From the NCBI GenBank assembly GCA_977018835.1, contig OZ361257.1:3162001-3226000 (forward strand): 64,000 nucleotides of DNA, read 5' to 3'. The notes under the pieces were generated by a model. The model was not told the origin of the DNA, did no database searches, and was given only the letters and a program-made list of their open reading frames with translations. This stretch comes from Minutocellus sp. GHC0000111 (lineage: Eukaryota). This document shows, piece by piece, positions 57,069-64,000 of the stretch; the stretch's first letter is position 1; each line of letters begins with the position of its first letter. The position numbers and the translations under genes are program-made.

Positions 57069-58913
57069 ATGCCACCGCCGGAAGTTATAGTGGGTGATAG
57101 ACTCATCCTTGCCATTGATATTGGTAGTAGTAGTATTCGCTGCTCTGCATATGGGATGGTCACGAGTGATGATGACAAAGGAAGTGCGAGTATATCGCGA
57201 GGAGTTGTGGCGTCGGTGGAGGGATGCTCATCTTCAATCAAGATGCAGGGTGTCGAGCCAAACACAGGCAAAGTTAGAATATACAGAAAGAATGATGGCG
57301 GCGATGAACAGTGCATGTTAGATGATATTGATAGTTGTGTCGATGCGACATTGGACAAAATAAGAAAGAAATATGGCGCGTCGAAGTCGTCCTACATTGT
57401 ATCGGCCGTGGCGTTCAGTACATTTGTGATGAATCTCGTGGGAATCGACCGTAATGGAAAGCCGGTAGGCAACGATGCCACCTTGTCGTATGCGTGCAAC
57501 ACCCCCGAGGTGGCAAGAGAATGCGAGGCGATCCGTGAAAAGCTAAGGACAAAGGAAGCACTTGATGACATGTATCAACGAACGGGTGCTCCGCTGCACT
57601 CTGCTTATGCCCTTCCGCAATTAAGAGTATTTTACAATAATAGTCCCGAACTTGCCAGCAGAGTCGAGAAATGGACAACCCTGGCGAGCTTGTGTCTCGA
57701 CCGTTGGACCAATGGACAGCTTCGACGTGGCGGGCACTGTTCCATCTCGTACTCCGAGGCTTCGTGGACCGGCATGCTCAATTTCCGCATAGGACGCTGG
57801 GACGAAGAAACGAAACGCTTACTGCCAAAAGAATGCATCGCAGCCCTTCCGCTTCCGATGGATTTTGATACAGCTCCGCCTACGGATCGTGGCATACAAA
57901 TTTTGAAAGGCTCCACTTATTGGGATCGATGGCCTGAGCTACGAGGACAGTGTGACGAAAGTGATGACAATGAAACAATAAATGGCCGTCGAGATGATTT
58001 TTGTCGTCTTTTCCTCGGTATTGGAGACGGCGCCTGTGCAAATGCTGGTAGCAAATGTACCACCTTGAATCGCATAGCAGTCTCCATCGGCACATCAGCT
58101 GCTGTCAGAATAATATTACACCTGCCAATCAATTACATGGCATGGTGTGGAGGAGTTTCGGCATCCTTTGTGGAGTCCAAAGGAGCACATCCACCCCCTT
58201 CTATCCCAATACCGCAGGGATTGTTCTGCTATCGAATCGATGCACATCACGTTCTCCTTGGCGGGGCACTGACCGATGGGGGATCGGTCGTTGAGTGGCT
58301 GCGATCCATATTTCAGCTTCAAGATGACACCGAATTCGACAAGGTCATGGTAAGAGTCGAAGGAGAGTATTGCAAACAACAACAAGAAGGCGAGGTGGCA
58401 ATGCACCAATTGTCTACAATTCCCTTTTTGAGTGGTGAGCGGAGCACTGGCTATCGAACTCTTGCGACCGGGGGAATATGTGGTATCACTAGAGAAACGA
58501 CACGAGAAGAAATTATTGTTTCCATGTTGGAGGGAGTTGTGCTGCGCCTCAATGCCATCCTCGAACTTCTTATCGGTGCTAAAAAATTGTTCAAGATGGA
58601 ATATTATGCGAATGACCCCCCTCGAATCGTTGCAAGTGGTAACGGTCTTGTGCACCATCGATGTTGGATGCAAATGTTGGCAGACTGCAGCCAAATTGAG
58701 GTGGTCGTTGATGAAGAGACAGATGAAGCCACTTCCCGTGGAGCGGCATACTTCGCTACACTTGGTTTGCGTGCATTGAGTGTAGACCGTCTGGGCCCCG
58801 AAAACATCTCAACGTCGTGCACAGCAATTCCAAGCCAAAACATGTTGGCGAGATGGAAAGCAAAAGCTCATATACAAGAGCATCTGATTGGTGGTGTTAG
58901 CTCAACCTGGTAA
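57069..58913 (+). CDS. FGGY-family carbohydrate kinase (gluconokinase-like)
   Basis: LAIDIGSSSIRC, YQRTGAPLH, SEASWTGM, GDGACAN, SIGTSAAVR, PFLSGERS, LEGV and EATSRGAA. Confidence 0.9.
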   Translation: MPPPEVIVGDRLILAIDIGSSSIRCSAYGMVTSDDDKGSASISRGVVASVEGCSSSIKMQGVEPNTGKVRIYRKNDGGDEQCMLDDIDSCVDATLDKIRKKYGASKSSYIVSAVAFSTFVMNLVGIDRNGKPVGNDATLSYACNTPEVARECEAIREKLRTKEALDDMYQRTGAPLHSAYALPQLRVFYNNSPELASRVEKWTTLASLCLDRWTNGQLRRGGHCSISYSEASWTGMLNFRIGRWDEETKRLLPKECIAALPLPMDFDTAPPTDRGIQILKGSTYWDRWPELRGQCDESDDNETINGRRDDFCRLFLGIGDGACANAGSKCTTLNRIAVSIGTSAAVRIILHLPINYMAWCGGVSASFVESKGAHPPPSIPIPQGLFCYRIDAHHVLLGGALTDGGSVVEWLRSIFQLQDDTEFDKVMVRVEGEYCKQQQEGEVAMHQLSTIPFLSGERSTGYRTLATGGICGITRETTREEIIVSMLEGVVLRLNAILELLIGAKKLFKMEYYANDPPRIVASGNGLVHHRCWMQMLADCSQIEVVVDEETDEATSRGAAYFATLGLRALSVDRLGPENISTSCTAIPSQNMLARWKAKAHIQEHLIGGVSSTW

Positions 58914-59020
58914 CGACGATATGCCTATCTATCTTTACTGTACTTATTTATAGTTTATGATGATCAAATCTTAGCTAGTACCTCGCCGTGCACATGTAGT
59001 CTAGCGATGTAGCTGCGTAG

Positions 59021-59632
59021 CTAGTAGCCAAGCCATGCATCAAACTCTTCAGGTGTCTTGCCCGTCCTTTTGATTAAACCCTCCAACACAATTTCTTTCC
59101 CGTCCTCTTCGTCCAATAAGCCGCGTCCAATGAGATTAATGCCATACTGATACAAATAAGAAAATTCTTTTTTCACCTCGGGAGTTTCGAGGTTTTCAGT
59201 TATATCCCATTCTGTCGGTGTCAGAACCCCCGTCTCTGGATCCTGATCGTACGTCATACCTTGCTCGATCATTAGCTCATACGTACGCGCTGCCAATGTT
59301 TTGGCATCTGCCTTATCATCTCTCGCCTTCCGCAGTTTCTCCAGGGCCTCTGGAGGCTCCACACCATCGGCAAGTTGTCCCTCGAGCGTAACAATGTAGG
59401 CTGTTGCGCTTTCCATCAGCTTCTCTTCCAAAGTCTGTTCCGGCTTCTCTGGCATTGCAGAACCGAAATCAGATCCGAAATCGGACATTTGAAGGACTGT
59501 GCCGCCAAACCGGTTTTGGATTGTGCTGGCGGGAGCATGGCGCTGGCTGCGGGAGAAAGTGATGAAGGGAAACGCCCCCCCTTCAGCAAATGTTGCCACG
59601 GTGAGTGCAAGCAGAGAAAGGGAGAGCTTCAT
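59021..59632 (-). CDS. Probable plastid-targeted protein of unknown function
   Basis: Signal peptide ending GGA-FPF, then a transit-like region and an acidic globular-looking domain. Intronless 203-aa ORF. Confidence 0.75.
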   Translation of the reverse strand: MKLSLSLLALTVATFAEGGAFPFITFSRSQRHAPASTIQNRFGGTVLQMSDFGSDFGSAMPEKPEQTLEEKLMESATAYIVTLEGQLADGVEPPEALEKLRKARDDKADAKTLAARTYELMIEQGMTYDQDPETGVLTPTEWDITENLETPEVKKEFSYLYQYGINLIGRGLLDEEDGKEIVLEGLIKRTGKTPEEFDAWLGY

Positions 59633-59908
59633 CGTTCCACTCTACTATGGGTAGGACGGGTACTCTCTATGGTAGCCTACTCCGTCCTTCGAGCTCTGAA
59701 ATGGTGCATCGGCTTCCGCTCCGTCATCTTCAAGCGATGCCGCTTTCATCGCGAGAAGTACAAGAAATCGTACTATGTTTATTTGAAGTTCCAGACGGCC
59801 AGACGGCCAGACGGCCAGACCAATCTCCACTCGCTCGCTCTGCTCTCACAACCGCACAACGGCCGCACAACCAAAACCAAGTCAAGATATCCATCCATCA
59901 TCGCCACC

Positions 59909-60553
59909 ATGAGATTCATCTGCCTCCTCTCTGCAATTCTGATTGCCTCGGCATCTGCCTTTGTCCCGCAAAATGCCGCTCGGTCAGCTGGCGTCGCTAT
60001 GATGGCCAAGAAAGAAGATGTTGTGAATTTCAAGAAGCCCGAATTCGTCGCTAGCGTTTCGGAGAAGACTGGCCTGAGCAAGGCCGAGTCAGAGGCTGCC
60101 CTTGCGGCCGTTCTTGAGACCATCCAGGAGGTGAGTGGAAACTTCCTGTTTTTGCTTTTAGGCAGTGAGGTTTTATATCGGGTGGTGATTCATTGGTTTC
60201 GCTGATGCAAAAAGTAATTGAGGTATTCACTCGTGATGTATTGGCAGCACAACTCGGTCAGATACAAAAGTTTCCGACTCTGTGTCTACTTTCCTTGGCT
60301 AGCTTGCAGCGTCCACCAGCAATAATTGCCCGACTCACCACATTGACATATGTATTTTATTTTTTAATGAAAAATGGAGCAGGAGGTCGCTGCTGGAAAG
60401 CGCATTACTCTCCTTGGATTTGGAACTTTCAAGTTATCGCACAGAGCTGCACGAAAGGGCCGCAACCCCCAGACAGGAGAGGAAATTCAGATTAAGGCCA
60501 GCAACTCACCTTCCTTTTCGGCATCCAAGGCTTTCAAGGAACGATGCAACTAA
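59909..60553 (+). CDS. Nucleus-encoded plastid HU-like (bacterial histone-like) DNA-binding protein; intron 60131-60382
   Basis: ASA-FVP presequence, KPEFVASVSEKTGLSK, LLGFGTF, RAARKGRNPQTGEEI and PSFSASKAFKE. Confidence 0.92.
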
Positions 60554-61130
60554 GTTTTTGGCGTATAATCGTGTGCTGGGTGCTCTACAATTGGACGGTC
60601 TTTATTAATGCTCGCTGGGGGTGTGAATGAGGTGCTACTGGTCGGAGAGGAAAAGGAGGGACAAGATGAAGACGATGTGCCTCTCACTCAGCTGTTGATA
60701 CAAAAGGTATCACGAGGATGCGCAATGAGAGGCAATAGTCCCAATGTGACCCATGCTAAAAAGATTTTCGATAGGGATGCAGTCGAATTTATGATTTATG
60801 ATACATGTACCAAAATTACCTTTCTTTTTACCGTAACTTTCGATGTTTCACCACGCATAAATGCGGCAGGCCGCGGAGATGTACTGCAAAGGCATAGAGG
60901 CGCCTTGATGTCTGTGGCCCCTGCCTGACTAGCGGTACTTTCTTGGTCATGAAGGAGGTTGTGGCTTCATTCTCAGCAGCAGGCAGATTTTGCAGATTCA
61001 GATTCGCGTGGCAGGCCGCATGAAAAGAATGAGATGCGACCAAGACATGCATGGTGAGAATGAAAGCCTCGAAGCAAAGTTCAAAGTTCAAGGCAGCAGA
61101 CAACTCTCTCCTCTGCTGCCTGCTACGCTC

Positions 61131-61231
61131 TACGGACAAATTCAACTCAACTCGGCCGCTTGCTCACCCACCTCTCATTCTCTACGTACAAATTCAATTA
61201 AACTCGGCCGCTTGCTCAGCTATCTCTCATT
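61131..61231 (+). repeat. Two ~50-bp direct repeats (period 52) upstream of the dehydrogenase
   Basis: tacg.acaaattcaa.t.aactcggccgcttgctca....ctctcatt at 61131 and 61183. Confidence 0.85.
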
Positions 61232-61338
61232 TTCGGCCAAAGCGAACATAACTACTTTGAGTGCGTAGTAGCTACGTAGGATCCAACTGCCTGTTCAGCT
61301 CTGCTTGCATACAAATCTCGCTATTCACGTGTAAGCAA

Positions 61339-62884
61339 ATGAGAACTGCAATTTGTAGGAGCTTGTCCCGCCGTGCGCTACTTTCACCGGAGACAGTGGC
61401 ATCGATGCCACTACTCGCTACCGGCTCTGTGCGTGGCATCCAAACATCGAAGGCCGACCCTCTCTCCAAGGAATATAAATACTGGAATCGCGAAGAATCG
61501 AAACATGGGGAGTATGCCTATCTGCTGGAAATGAGTCCCTGGAGTGTGAAACGAGAGGCAAGAATTGTATCACTCTCAGATCGAAATGACACTGCCAACG
61601 ATGCCCTCCACAAGGGCAAGCTACCTTACTCGTCTCAACTACTGGGTGTCGGAGAGACCTTGGACGATGTGGAGCATCTGGCCGACCAAAAGCCCAATAT
61701 TCTTTTTGTGTCGCCGTCATGCCCACGAGCCTGCAAGGTTCTTCCAAAAGTCCTGGAAGCATTCCCTGCGATTGAATGGGTGCATGTCAGATCAGCTGGC
61801 CTTGACTTCCTCAACCCCGAAGAGTTGCAGACGGATCTGTCTAAGAACATACCCTTTACCAATGCGAAAGGCCAATTCTCTTCGTCGTTGGCTGAGTACA
61901 CATTTTTGTCGTGTTCGTATTTCGCGAAGGATTTACCTCGTCTGATGAGACAGAAGCAAGCACAAAACTGGGAGAAGTATGATGTAGAGGAGCTTCGTGG
62001 CAAGACGCTCGGGGTCGTCGGCTACGGAGACATCGGAAGAGCAACTGCAAAACTTGCCAATGCTTATGGGATGCGAGTGATCGCTCTTCGCCGTCATCCT
62101 GAGATTTCCGCCAACGATCCTCTTTGCGATAAAGTTTTGGGGACTGGTAAAGCAGCACTAAATGAACTCATGGCCGAGAGCGATTATGTGGTTTGCTCTG
62201 CTCCATCCACAGTATCAACGCGTGGCATGGTAAATGAAGATGCGTTTGCTGCAGCAAAGGAGGGAATGGTGTTTATCAATTTGGGAAGAGGACCCGTCGT
62301 TGATGAGAAAGCCATGATAAATGCGCTCAAATCTGGCCAGTTGAAGGGAGCTGCCCTCGATGTCTTCGCTGAGGAACCTCTCCCAAAAGGCCACGATCTC
62401 TGGGGCTTGGACAATGTTCTAATCAGCCCTCATAATATGGATCAGGTATGTGTGCATTTGAACGCAATATATGTATGTATGTATGTATCGCTGGGATTTG
62501 ACCGTTGGGATTCGTTCCAACGATCACCTAACTCGCCTACTAATGACATTCTTTGCTGATTTGTAGTATGTATGTATATGTAGGTATTTATGATCTAAAA
62601 AATCTGTGTGCCTGCGCTACGTACTATGAAAAGATTCCTAATTCTCATTTCCCTCTGTTTTCATCATTTGAAAAATTTCATTCGATCGATGTAAAAACGT
62701 GACTGTGTGTTGTTGACTGCATCTGCATCTGTTCCTCTTTCCACGGCTCTTCCAAATTTGTGTGCACCTGTAGACGGAAACTTTTATGCACGAAGCAACA
62801 TCATTCTTCCTGATGGAGAACCTTCCCCGATTCATTTGTGGAGAAGAATTGCTCAATCGAGTGGATGTGACGGCTGGCTATTAG
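61339..62884 (+). CDS. D-isomer-specific 2-hydroxyacid dehydrogenase with mitochondrial-type presequence; intron 62446-62773
   Basis: SAGLD, TLGVVGYGDIG Rossmann motif, FINLGRGPVVDE, AALDVFAEEPLP and ISPHNMDQ|TETF. Confidence 0.92.
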
Positions 62885-63439
62885 TTAGGATGGATTGCTG
62901 GATGGAAGATTTCTTTTTTGAACACCGTCGAGATCTCTAGATCTATTGTACTTTGAATGTTTAATTGAAATACTGGTACTGAAAAAGTCAACATTGTACC
63001 GGCAGTCTACACAGGCCTACAGCCCGTTCTCATCCACAAGCACAATGCAACACACAAAAGGATCGAAGCCGAGCTTATGGTCGTCAATAATTGAGGGTCT
63101 GAATTTTAAGCACGTATGCTTACTGTATATACACATGTACGTAAAATCTACATAAAACAAATCAGCAAAGAATGCCGCGCGCGGCCGCGCCGCTTTTTTA
63201 CATATGCATGGCCATTGACGTGGCAGATGCCAGACATTACAGACAGCTCGGAAAAGAGACGGAATCCCAGCACTAAGGCACCTTAGGAGCTCTCCCAAGA
63301 GTACATGTAGAGGAAGGCATGCGGAAACTGATAGCTAATTAAACATCCATTCCAGTCAACATTTCATGGCCGGCTATGGTTCTTCCCAGACTATATATAT
63401 ATAATATATATAGCAAAAGATGGAATGCAAAAGAGAAAA

Positions 63440-63473
<34 letters not shown>

Positions 63474-64000
63474 GCGCACATGTATCCGGTGGTTTGACTT
63501 CGGGGCTGCTGCTGCGCAGCACATGACATTGCCAGAACTTTTGGTCTCGACATGCTTATTGCTTAGCGGGACGACACCCACCACCACCATGCTTACCGGT
63601 ACATGCTTAGGAGAAGGCAAAATCTGAAGTCCGCCCGCCTAAGCACCACATTGGATGTGCTCATAGGTATCAGAGTGTTATCTACAATGTAGCTATGTGG
63701 GCCCGGGTGCCCTCTGAAAAAATCGTCCACCGGTTGGCGAAAAGACGGGCGCCAAGGGCGTGTTTAGCAACCAAGTTCATGATGGGAAAAAGTAGTTTCA
63801 AACACATACGGTTTGAATACGCTGTATGTAAGCCCTTATTTTTTTCGCTTCTTTGTTTTTTTAGAACACAAATTGACTGGCTCGCTCTCTTTTTGTATGT
63901 GTTTCTTTATGATGTCATAGTCTGATACAGTTTATATCTGATGTTGTTGATCTGTCAACGAATTTTGATGAAGAAGAAGACCACTAGAAGACACAGGCGC

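Noticed and set aside
7119..60553. Functional cluster of about eight plastid-targeted genes
   Set aside because: The genes are interspersed with unrelated functions, and enrichment cannot be shown without the genome-wide background.
60608..60928. 106-aa ORF downstream of HU
   Set aside because: No motif; probably 3' flank or a decayed fragment.
63442..63470. (TA)n run, and similar (GCAC)n, (GAAT)n and (CT)n runs elsewhere
   Set aside because: Ordinary microsatellites.

Overview
Eukaryotic nuclear DNA, most likely from a diatom (stramenopile alga). This rests on GT-AG introns, several signal peptide + 'ASAF/AFAP'-type bipartite plastid presequences, helicase-associated (HA) and AP2 proteins, and a Copia RNase H fragment of the diatom type. 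About 24 compact genes can be supported: LRR protein, fasciclin, pyruvate kinase, PP2C, UBE2S, LPAAT-like acyltransferase, ABHD17-like hydrolase, phosducin-like protein, SPO11, HA-repeat protein, TauD-like dioxygenase, AP2 factor, TMEM184, ribosomal bL33, FGGY kinase, plastid HU, D-2-hydroxyacid dehydrogenase and several unknowns. A gene-free repeat island (about 17.6-23.3 kb) holds Copia remnants, inverted repeats, a ~420-500 bp foldback and a 200-N gap. Two TIR-bounded non-autonomous elements lie elsewhere. Most notable: three genes with apparent disabling lesions, 8-nt and 19-nt micro-exons, a plastid-targeted disordered protein with a repeated RLSD(V/I)GK motif, and intergenic clusters of TA-bounded palindromes. 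All calls come from motif recognition by eye; no searches were run.
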